From a virus (Duplodnaviria; Caudoviricetes): a stretch of DNA of 33,100 nucleotides. The stretch is from positions 1 to 33,100 of IMG/VR virus record IMGVR_UViG_3300049436_000065. One strand, given 5' to 3'. A program made the position numbers and the translations under genes. Below the pieces are notes generated by a model that was given only the letters and a program-made list of their open reading frames with translations, searched no databases and had not been told where the DNA came from. Shown one piece after another: positions 25,945-33,100 of this stretch; within the stretch, counting starts at the first letter, position 1, and every line of letters begins with the position of its first letter.

Positions 25945-26140
25945 CGGCTGTCCCGGCAATTACGGAGTTCGGTCCTATAACCACTACACGGAGCCCTTTT
26001 CTTTTTCTTCCCTTACTGTCTCCCTTCCGTGTTTTATCTGGGACAGGTGGGACAGAGGTGGGGTGAGCTGCAAAAAGTCTGTCCCGGATACCAGAAAGTA
26101 TCCGGGACAGACCTGGGACAACTAGCGGTACCCGGGACAG
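25945..26140. repeat. putative replication origin: GGGACA iterons, palindrome and pyrimidine tract
   Basis: 7 GGGACA/TGTCCC copies; 15-bp perfect inverted repeat 26077-26112; C/T tract about 25995-26039; next to the primase-helicase stop. Confidence 0.6.
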
Positions 26141-28417
26141 CTACATCGCGTCGGACCCCACGCCCCGCAGCATCCGGACACGCTTGCCGTTCACCCGCTC
26201 GCGGTCGACGACGAGCCCCGGCACCCTCGTTCGGAGGTCACGACTGAAGACCTCTTTCGTCGTGGAGTCGCGCGTGCGGCCTTCCGACTCGCACCAGTGC
26301 TTGTACTTCTCGTACAGGTGATCGAGCGTGATGGAGCATTCCGGCCCCATCACGCACCAGTCGTCCAGGAACGCGCCCACGGGGTCGGCGAGCCGGCGCT
26401 GTGCGTCGCGCTCGCCTGCGCCGCTGTCCGGCTCGGTGAACCGGCCGCGCCCGTTCAGCCGGTCGAGCCCGTCGAGCGCCCAGTTGAAGATCCCGGGCAA
26501 CTCATGCAGCAGCTTGTCGGTCAGCGAGGTGTCCTCGCGGCCGTAGAAGCTCTGATCGAAGCGGACGAACACCATGCGCCCGCCGAGCGCGCCGCTCTTG
26601 TCGCTGAAGGTTGGGGTGTCGTTGCTCATGAGCATGAATCGGATGCCGAGGGTGCCGTGCCATGCCCCGCGGTTCTTGCGGGGAACGGACACCGCGTCCT
26701 CGCCGATGATGCCGAGCAGGATCGGGATGGCGTCGGCGATGTTGCGTGACGCCCACCGCACGTCACCGGCGATGCCGAGCGCCCGCCCCACGAGAGGCTC
26801 CATGCCGAACGTGCCGGGCAGCAGGTTCAGATTGAGGCCGGTGACGTTGCCGGCCCCGACGAGCCCGGACAGCACTCGGGCGATGGTGCCCTTGCCGGAC
26901 CGCTTCTCCCCGATCAGGGCGGCCATCTTCTGCTGATCGGTGCGCCCGGACAGCACGTACCCGAACCACTCGGCCAGGAACTCCTTGGCCTGCCGGTCGC
27001 CGGGGAGCACGGCCTCAAGGAACGCGTCCCAGCCCGGGGCGGTCGCGTTCGGGTCGTAGTCGAACGGCATGGAGAACAGGTTGAACCGGGACGGCCGGTG
27101 CGGCTGGAGCGCTCCGTTGACGATGACCCCGTTCGCCGTGGCGAGCACCTTGTCCTCATCGCCGAACCGCTGCAAGGTGCCGACGCCGAGCGCGTGAGTG
27201 AGGTCGGTGATCTTCTTGCGGGTGGGTGCCCACGGCGTTGCCTCGAACTCCGGCTTCTCGCCTTCCTTGACTTTCTTGGGCACCAGGTACTCGGCGTCAC
27301 CGGTCTGGCGGTACAGCCAGTGCTCGATGACCGGCTGTTCGGCCGGCTCCCAGTGCGCGCCGCGCCACTGGTAGAAGTCGTTACGCCACCATGACCAGTG
27401 CGCCTCGCCGTCGGTCTGCGGCATCCGGCCGACCAGCTCGCGGGCGACGCGTAACGGCTGCGCGGGTGGCGGCAACACCCCGCCGGTGACCTCGCCTGCA
27501 TCCGCCTGCTCAGGCGCCACGTTCGCCTCCACCTGCGTCGCCACCCAGGACCGGCCCTGTTCGGTGGCGGTGTACGCACTGTTGACGGTGGCGATGTCGT
27601 CGCGGTCCGGCGCCGTCCATCCCGTCTGCGGCGCCAGTGACTTGACGGCGAGGGTGGCGCACAGTGCGCGGTCGACCAGCCAGGGGAAGTGCGCGCACGC
27701 CATGGCGAAGTTATTGATGCCCCCGTTGTATCCGGACGTGGTGGCCGCGAGCACCTTGCGCGCTTTCTTGACGTAGTCCTTCGCCTGCTCGCGGGTGAAC
27801 TCCCGGGCCGGGGAGTCGAACAGGTCGTCCCCGGTGGGCGTCGGGGTGACGGTGTCCTGCGACACCGGGGCCGCGATGGGAGCGCCCTCCCGCCGCTTCA
27901 TCCGTTCGATGACCACGTCCGGCACGACGACCGGCGTCCAGTCCCACGCGTCCGCCCACTCCCACGATCCCCTGCCGTCGGTGGTGGGCGGGGCGATGAC
28001 GAATCCGCCGAGTCCGCGGATGTCGACGGACGGCGCGACCTTGCCGTTCTGGTCGTTGCCGATGACGTGGTCGGGATGTGCCTGGTAGTACCAGTGCGCT
28101 CCGCCGCCGGCCGTCTTGGCGATCTGCATCGGAAGCGGCGGGTTGAGCGCCAGCCAGTTGGCGATGCCTTCCTCGCCGTCGCAGTCGACGACGACAAGCC
28201 CGCTCTTGCCGGTGTCGATGAGCAGGCCGGCGTCGGGGTACTGCTGTTCCCACGCGGCGACGTCGGCAAGGCTGTTGCTGCTGGTCTGCCGCCAGAGCCC
28301 GACGGGCCGGACGTCTTTCTTGCCGTCGGGCCTGCGAGCGACGTAGACCGGGTTCACATAGATGCCCGCCTTTACGTACGCGCGGGCGGCATCCCAGGTG
28401 TTGTTGTACTCTGTCAC
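26141..28417 (-). CDS. bifunctional primase-polymerase fused to a D5/P4-type SF3 helicase
   Basis: LVVVDCD, TAGGGAHWYY, VDIRGLGGFVIAPP; D5_N FDYDPNA; Walker A GEKRSGKGT; MSND. Confidence 0.93.
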   Translation of the reverse strand: MTEYNNTWDAARAYVKAGIYVNPVYVARRPDGKKDVRPVGLWRQTSSNSLADVAAWEQQYPDAGLLIDTGKSGLVVVDCDGEEGIANWLALNPPLPMQIAKTAGGGAHWYYQAHPDHVIGNDQNGKVAPSVDIRGLGGFVIAPPTTDGRGSWEWADAWDWTPVVVPDVVIERMKRREGAPIAAPVSQDTVTPTPTGDDLFDSPAREFTREQAKDYVKKARKVLAATTSGYNGGINNFAMACAHFPWLVDRALCATLAVKSLAPQTGWTAPDRDDIATVNSAYTATEQGRSWVATQVEANVAPEQADAGEVTGGVLPPPAQPLRVARELVGRMPQTDGEAHWSWWRNDFYQWRGAHWEPAEQPVIEHWLYRQTGDAEYLVPKKVKEGEKPEFEATPWAPTRKKITDLTHALGVGTLQRFGDEDKVLATANGVIVNGALQPHRPSRFNLFSMPFDYDPNATAPGWDAFLEAVLPGDRQAKEFLAEWFGYVLSGRTDQQKMAALIGEKRSGKGTIARVLSGLVGAGNVTGLNLNLLPGTFGMEPLVGRALGIAGDVRWASRNIADAIPILLGIIGEDAVSVPRKNRGAWHGTLGIRFMLMSNDTPTFSDKSGALGGRMVFVRFDQSFYGREDTSLTDKLLHELPGIFNWALDGLDRLNGRGRFTEPDSGAGERDAQRRLADPVGAFLDDWCVMGPECSITLDHLYEKYKHWCESEGRTRDSTTKEVFSRDLRTRVPGLVVDRERVNGKRVRMLRGVGSDAM

Positions 28418-28447
28418 GTGGACCCCAATATGTAGTTGATGCGTTGC

Positions 28448-28476
28448 GAAGGCCCCGGCTGCACACCGGGGCCTTC
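28448..28476. terminator. intergenic hairpin
   Basis: GAAGGCCCCGG / CCGGGGCCTTC 11-bp stem. Confidence 0.55.
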
Positions 28477-28514
28477 CGCTTGTTCGGGTGGGCTTGTCAG
28501 GTTACGCCCTCTGA

Positions 28515-29903
28515 TCATGATCGGGTACGCGCCAGCGTCACCGATTCCTGCGCCCGCGTCACGGCCGTGTAAGCGAACCGCCGCGCCATCTCCACCGCCG
28601 CCCGCTCACCCTCGCGCCGCGCCGTCATCGCCATCATGGCCGGTGTCTCATCGACGACGTACACCGATGACCACTCCGACCCCTGCGCTTTGTGAACGGT
28701 GACGCAGCATGCCCAGGTAGCAGCCATCGTCGTCCCCCGGAACGCCCGCCGGTCTTTCAGCGACTTCTCTCCGTCCAGCCCGGCGAATCCTTCCGGGAAC
28801 ACCGAGATCCAGCGGTCCGGGCCGGCCGTCCCGCACTCGCGCAGCAGCAAGGTCAGTTCGTCGGTGATGCCCGAGACGTCCAGGACGTCGAACTGCTGCC
28901 CGTTCAGGACGCCGAGGTCCCGCTTGTTGTTGACCAGGCACATGATGCGGTCGCCGGCCACCACCTTCCCCGCGGGCCGGCCGAGCTTGGCCCGCATGAG
29001 CCCGGTCAGCTTCCAGCGGGTTTCGTTGCGCCAGCACAGCACCTGCTCCGCCTCGAGCGCCCGCGTCACCGACGCCACGCCGAGCTCCTCCGGCCGCACG
29101 CCGAGGGTGGCATCAGTGCTCAGCCGGATCCGGGTGGCCAGCTCGAGTACCGGCGACTCCAGGGCCTGCCGGTGAATCTCGGTCAGCAGCACGTCCGGCT
29201 CGGCGTCGGTGTAGTAGCCCATCCCGCCGACCGGCGGTAGCTGCGCGGGGTCGCCGAGCACGAGTACGGGCACGCCGAAGCTTTCGATGTCGGCCGCCAT
29301 CTTGGCGTCGACCATGGATACCTCGTCCAGGACGATCAGGTCGGCGCTCGCCCATTCGGACATCGGGTTGAGTTCGAACCCGGGGCGGCGCATCTCCCGC
29401 TCAAGCTGCTCGACCTCTTCCGAGCGCTCGCTGATGGCGCCGTCCAGTTCGAGCGCCAGCACGGTGCTCACACCGGACAGGACGGCGCGCTCGCCCCGCA
29501 TCTGCTGTAATTCGCCCATCGCCTCAAGCCACCGCTTGCGTGTTTCGGCGCTGAATACGGGCTGGTAGATGGCGCTGTGGATGGTGGTGGCGGGCACGCC
29601 CTTGCGGTTGAGCACGGACGCGGCCTTGCCGGTGTACGCGCCGAACACGACGTTGCCGAGCCCGAGGGCCCGTCCGATATGACGGGCGAGTGTGGTTTTG
29701 CCCGTTCCTGCCGGGCCGAACAGGCGGAACGGGGGCGTAGCAATGCGAGCCTCGTACTGAGGCTCGCCCAAGGCCATCTTCAGCCATTCCCGATCGCCGT
29801 ACTTCGGGGGCGTGGGGTAGCGCTCGCCCGGCGACATAGCACCGGCATACCACTGGCGTGCCGCCTCGATGGCGGCATCCTGCTCTGCCGTCAGGGTGAT
29901 CAT
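28515..29903 (-). CDS. RecD/Dda-like SF1B DNA helicase
   Basis: GPAGTGKT, AYTGKAA, VLDEVSM, GDPAQLPPV, TVHKAQGSE, YTAVTRA. Confidence 0.93.
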   Translation of the reverse strand: MITLTAEQDAAIEAARQWYAGAMSPGERYPTPPKYGDREWLKMALGEPQYEARIATPPFRLFGPAGTGKTTLARHIGRALGLGNVVFGAYTGKAASVLNRKGVPATTIHSAIYQPVFSAETRKRWLEAMGELQQMRGERAVLSGVSTVLALELDGAISERSEEVEQLEREMRRPGFELNPMSEWASADLIVLDEVSMVDAKMAADIESFGVPVLVLGDPAQLPPVGGMGYYTDAEPDVLLTEIHRQALESPVLELATRIRLSTDATLGVRPEELGVASVTRALEAEQVLCWRNETRWKLTGLMRAKLGRPAGKVVAGDRIMCLVNNKRDLGVLNGQQFDVLDVSGITDELTLLLRECGTAGPDRWISVFPEGFAGLDGEKSLKDRRAFRGTTMAATWACCVTVHKAQGSEWSSVYVVDETPAMMAMTARREGERAAVEMARRFAYTAVTRAQESVTLARTRS

Positions 29904-30166
29904 TCGTCGTCCTCACTCTTGGGTGCGTGGTTCCCGGTTCGGCAGCTCGCGGCGATGTCCTTGACGGACTCCTTGACCAGCCGACGCCAGCGCTCGTAGC
30001 GGTCGGCGCTCCGCGACCGGATAGCGGGGATGGTGACGTCGTGCGGCGCGCCGGAACCGTACGCGAAGCTCGCAGACACCGGCAGTACCTGCGAGGGCTT
30101 GGAGTCGCGCCACTTGTTCTGCGCGGCGATGCAGGTCTCGCACAGCGGGGCGGGCTGGATGATCAC
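29900..30166 (-). CDS. hypothetical protein (CxxC...C...H)
   Basis: GTGA/ATGA-coupled; LCETC. Confidence 0.65.
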   Translation of the reverse strand: MIIQPAPLCETCIAAQNKWRDSKPSQVLPVSASFAYGSGAPHDVTIPAIRSRSADRYERWRRLVKESVKDIAASCRTGNHAPKSEDDE

Positions 30167-30354
30167 GACGCCTTCCCGATCGCCAGCAGGCCGACGCGGC
30201 TGATTGTCGGCATCATCAGACTGTTGTGCACCATCCCCATGCGCCCCAGGGCCCGGAACGTGGGGTCCCGGAACGGGATCTTGTCGTACGTCGCGCCGGG
30301 GTGCTCGTGCAGATACTTCAGGCATTCGATCTGCGTCTTGGTGAGCTGCTTCAT
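30163..30354 (-). CDS. small putative DNA-binding protein, first gene of the leftward operon
   Basis: LTKTQIECLKYLHEHPGAT wHTH-like; leaderless TATACT. Confidence 0.65.
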   Translation of the reverse strand: MKQLTKTQIECLKYLHEHPGATYDKIPFRDPTFRALGRMGMVHNSLMMPTISRVGLLAIGKAS

Positions 30355-30390
30355 GAACCAAGTATAACAGATCCATCCCTGCCGTCCACC
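30355..30390 (-). promoter_or_regulatory. leftward leaderless promoter
   Basis: TGGACG-N18-TATACT (with extended TG)-N6-ATG; divergent from repeat copy 1. Confidence 0.65.
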
Positions 30391-30392
30391 CG

Positions 30393-30430
30393 CTTGCGTG
30401 ATCAGTACGGACCTGTCATACTTGTCTCAT
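30393..30430 (+). promoter_or_regulatory. 38-bp repeated promoter element, copy 1
   Basis: CTTGCGTGATCAGTACGGACCTGTCATACTTGTCTCAT: TTGCGT-N17-CATACT-N6-ATG. Confidence 0.8.
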
Positions 30431-30908
30431 GACCGCAGCCCGGATGCCCAGCATGATCACTGACGCCATGTTCGTCACGGCCGAGGACACCCAGTACTAC
30501 CGGCGCGGCGTCTGGGTGATGCTGACGACGTGGTCACTCAAGCTGCTCAACGGCACCCTGCCGACCGTCTTTGTCGTCACGACGTCCACCGGCTACCGCG
30601 CCGAGTTGGAAGCGTGCCTGTTCGACGGTCACCCGGACGGGTTCGTCAACTGCGTCAAGCCTCGCGATGCCTACGGCCAGCACGGGGGCATGAGCGTGGA
30701 CCGCTGGTGCGAGCACATCCAGACGCACTGCCACAACTACCACCTCCCCCTCGCGCAGGACTTCCGCGACCGGGTGGCGGCCTCGTACGGCAGCGCCGTC
30801 CGCAAGGACGCGCCGCGCGGCCTGCTCGCGCACCCGTTGAAGGTGGACAACGTCGGCGTCAAGGCGTGGGCAAACAACTGGTACGCGAAGGCGCTGGAAG
30901 GTCGCTGA
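30429..30908 (+). CDS. hypothetical early protein (His/Cys cluster)
   Basis: Leaderless start from repeat copy 1; high-GC3 codon usage; WCEHIQTHCHNYH. Confidence 0.75.
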   Translation: MTAARMPSMITDAMFVTAEDTQYYRRGVWVMLTTWSLKLLNGTLPTVFVVTTSTGYRAELEACLFDGHPDGFVNCVKPRDAYGQHGGMSVDRWCEHIQTHCHNYHLPLAQDFRDRVAASYGSAVRKDAPRGLLAHPLKVDNVGVKAWANNWYAKALEGR

Positions 30909-30913
30909 CCGGC

Positions 30914-30951
30914 CTTGCGCGATCAGTACGGACCTGCTATAGTTGTCTCAT
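30914..30951 (+). promoter_or_regulatory. 38-bp repeated promoter element, copy 2
   Basis: CTTGCGCGATCAGTACGGACCTGCTATAGTTGTCTCAT; 34/38 identical to copy 1. Confidence 0.8.
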
Positions 30952-30973
30952 AAGTCAACAGGGAGGCAACGAA

Positions 30974-31153
30974 ATGTTCAAGCCCAAGTTCTTCACCGTC
31001 GAGTTCACCTACGCCGACGAGGCCACCCCGCGGGAGCCGCAGTACCGCACCGTCAAGGCGAACAGCGCGGAGGCCGCGAAGGAAGAGCTACTGATCCGCT
31101 CCGCCCTCAACGGTGACCGGATCTACGTCGGTCAGGCGATGACCAACTCGTGA
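30974..31153 (+). CDS. small hypothetical protein (59 aa)
   Basis: GGGAGG RBS; MFKPKFFTVEF...TVKANSAEAAKE. Confidence 0.75.
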   Translation: MFKPKFFTVEFTYADEATPREPQYRTVKANSAEAAKEELLIRSALNGDRIYVGQAMTNS

Positions 31154-31159
31154 CCAACC

Positions 31160-31190
31160 GAAAGGCCCGGCGGATGCCGGGCCTTTCCTG
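31160..31190 (+). terminator. intrinsic terminator-like hairpin
   Basis: GAAAGGCCCGGC-GGAT-GCCGGGCCTTTC 12-bp stem just after the stop. Confidence 0.7.
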
Positions 31191-31209
31191 CATGAACGGA
31201 GCAAGCGAC

Positions 31210-31464
31210 ATGCCCGCAGACACGCCGACCGTCGGCTACCCGGCCCACGCGGTAGCCACCTACTCATGGGACGTCAACGATTGGGGAACCCGCACGACCG
31301 AATGGACCGCGCAGTGCGGCGCCACCGGAACGACCACCGGCCGCTTCCTGCTCGCCGGCAGTGCGCGCCGTCTGGAACTGTGCCCGGCGTGCTTCCCTGG
31401 CCGCACGCACAACGCCTGCAAACTCGACAAGCCGAAGGACATCTCCCCGCACAGCCTTGCGTGA
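31210..31464 (+). CDS. small Zn-finger-like protein
   Basis: GGAG RBS; HAV...QCG...LCPAC. Confidence 0.65.
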   Translation: MPADTPTVGYPAHAVATYSWDVNDWGTRTTEWTAQCGATGTTTGRFLLAGSARRLELCPACFPGRTHNACKLDKPKDISPHSLA

Positions 31465-31493
31465 TCCCTACGGACCTGTCATACTTGACTCAT
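31456..31493 (+). promoter_or_regulatory. 38-bp repeated promoter element, copy 3
   Basis: CTTGCGTGATCCCTACGGACCTGTCATACTTGACTCAT; 35/38 identical to copy 1. Confidence 0.8.
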
Positions 31494-31752
31494 GACGGAG
31501 ATGCGAGACCTCGCCACCGACGGCCCCCGGGACTACAGCGCCAGCCGGGTTCACCGCCTGGACCTGACCGCCCCGCAGGCCGCCGCCGTCGAGAAGGCGG
31601 TCGCCGCCGGCCGCACCGAGCTCACCATCGCGGACGTGAAGTCGTGGGTAATGCTCAAGCAGATCGTCGCCCGCGGCGCGGCCACCGTCATCGAGCGCGA
31701 GGGACACCCGCGCTTCGGCAAGATCGTCCGTATCAAGATCAAGGGGGAGTAG
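31492..31752 (+). CDS. hypothetical protein
   Basis: Leaderless start from repeat copy 3. Confidence 0.7.
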   Translation: MTEMRDLATDGPRDYSASRVHRLDLTAPQAAAVEKAVAAGRTELTIADVKSWVMLKQIVARGAATVIEREGHPRFGKIVRIKIKGE

Positions 31753-31983
31753 ATGAAGAGCAAGCACCTCGGCATGGAGATCACGCAGGTACCCGGCACG
31801 GAGCTGATCACCGTCGAGCCGAGCGAGGGCAGCGAAGGTGGCGTGCACGTCGTCGTCACCCTGCACGGCGTCCGGTCGATCAGCTTCGGCGTGCAGGAGT
31901 TGACCGAGTTCATCGGCGCACTGGAAGTGGCACACCGGCACGCTCGGTTCATGATCGAGCAGAACGGGACGGACGACGAGTGA
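31753..31983 (+). CDS. hypothetical protein
   Basis: GGGGGAG RBS, abuts the previous stop. Confidence 0.7.
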   Translation: MKSKHLGMEITQVPGTELITVEPSEGSEGGVHVVVTLHGVRSISFGVQELTEFIGALEVAHRHARFMIEQNGTDDE

Positions 31984-32354
31984 ACCCGCTGGAACGAGCC
32001 GTCATCGAGGCAGCGCGCGAGGTCGCCGCCTGGTCGACCTCGGCGAAGCTGGCGGCCGCCGTCGCCGCGCTCGACCAGCACGACGCCGAACAGGCGGCCG
32101 CCTCCGTCAAGGACATCCCCTGGCGGGAGGTCGTTGTCGGCGACCAGCTGCGCGCCAACTCCGGCGCCTTCTACCCCGTGACGGCCGCGCTCGCCATCGC
32201 GGGCGGCAAAGCCAGGATCACGGTGGCGCTGCCGACCGGCCCGCAGCAGCTCATGCGCCCGACGGAGAAGGCCCCGCGGGCGACCGTCAAGCGCGGGCCC
32301 GATGGCGAGGCCGTGGATGTGTTCGTGAATGTTTTCTCAAGCCGGGAGGGATGA
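31980..32354 (+). CDS. hypothetical protein
   Basis: GTGA overlap; VNPLERAVIEAAREV...WREVVVGDQL. Confidence 0.7.
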   Translation: MNPLERAVIEAAREVAAWSTSAKLAAAVAALDQHDAEQAAASVKDIPWREVVVGDQLRANSGAFYPVTAALAIAGGKARITVALPTGPQQLMRPTEKAPRATVKRGPDGEAVDVFVNVFSSREG

Positions 32355-32357
32355 CCG

Positions 32358-32702
32358 GTGACTCCCTGCGGAGCATGCCGTGAACCTGCGGTAAGCCACC
32401 CGTATGGCCTGATCGACCTCTGCCACGCCTGTGCACGCGTGAACGGCGCGTACTGCGTCAGCAAGCTTCAGGGACTTCAGGAGGACGACATCCGCCCGCG
32501 CTACGACACGGACCGGGCCGGCAAGACGTACCTGTGCATCCTCTGCGGCTACTGGCACTGGACGTCCAACATCGACCCGCTCCCCGAAGACCTGGGAGCT
32601 GCGGTTTGGCGCCTCAGCAAGTACTTCCAGCGGGTCAGCTTCCATATCAACATGGCGCGCGGATGGGACAAGATCCGCTACCTCCCGAGAGGGGCATCAT
32701 GA
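32358..32702 (+). CDS. Cys-rich hypothetical protein
   Basis: GGGAGGG RBS; CGAC, CHAC, CILCGYWH. Confidence 0.7.
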   Translation: MTPCGACREPAVSHPYGLIDLCHACARVNGAYCVSKLQGLQEDDIRPRYDTDRAGKTYLCILCGYWHWTSNIDPLPEDLGAAVWRLSKYFQRVSFHINMARGWDKIRYLPRGAS

Positions 32703-33100
32703 CGTTTAAGCTCTTCGACTTCCAGGAGCAGGCACTGGCCGCGGAGGCGGAGCATCGCCGTGAGCACCCGGACGAAACCCGGCTCGCCATCGTCCTGCCG
32801 ACCGGCACGGGCAAGGCGACCATCCTCGCCGAGCGCGCGCGCCGGTTCGCGGATGAGCAGCATGACCGCCGGTGGCAGGCAGAGACGTGCGCCATGCAGC
32901 CGAGCCCCCGCCAGCGCGTGCTGGTCATCGTGCACACGAACGAACTCGTCGAGCAGCTTGAGGCGACGATCCAGTTCGTCGCGGGCATGAGTGAGTGGCC
33001 CATCACGGTGGGCGTGGTCAAGGCGGACCGTGATCAGGTGGACGCGGACATCATCATCGGGAGCCGGCAGACCTTGGAGGATCCCGCGCGCCGCGCCCGG
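32699..33100 (+). CDS. SF2 DEAD/DEAH-like helicase (N-terminal part, runs off the window)
   Basis: Hand-translated: MTFKLFDFQEQAL...VLPTGTGKAT...RVLVIVHTNELVEQ...IIIGSRQTL. Confidence 0.88.
   Translation, partial: MTFKLFDFQEQALAAEAEHRREHPDETRLAIVLPTGTGKATILAERARRFADEQHDRRWQAETCAMQPSPRQRVLVIVHTNELVEQLEATIQFVAGMSEWPITVGVVKADRDQVDADIIIGSRQTLEDPARRAR

Noticed and set aside
28436-28514. Possible tRNA/ncRNA in the intergenic gap
   Set aside because: Only a single hairpin; no cloverleaf, T-loop or CCA discernible
30393-31493. 38-bp repeats as a CRISPR array or attC-type sites
   Set aside because: Spacing is about 520-540 bp with whole genes between; repeats have promoter structure; no cas or integrase in the window

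Overview
A high-GC actinobacteriophage (siphovirus-like) genome segment; whether it is a prophage or a free phage cannot be told, since no integrase, att site or host gene is seen. Left end (+): GIY-YIG/membrane/SPFH accessory genes ending at a convergent terminator. Minus strand, read right to left (30354 to 2164): RecD/Dda-like helicase, PrimPol-SF3 helicase, an ori-like repeat region, endonuclease VII, terminase, portal, MuF-like/ClpP-type protease, HK97-fold capsid, decoration and putative head-fibre genes, head-tail connectors, two tail-tube-like paralogues, a frameshifted tail chaperone, a short tape measure, two tail-tip genes and a lysis cassette. Right end (+): small early genes separated by a thrice-repeated 38-bp promoter element, then a truncated SF2 helicase. 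Most notable: the promoter-delimited cassette array, leaderless promoters at eight genes, tandem DnaA boxes before terS, and several unusual structural fusions. All product calls come from motif reading and synteny, not database searches.
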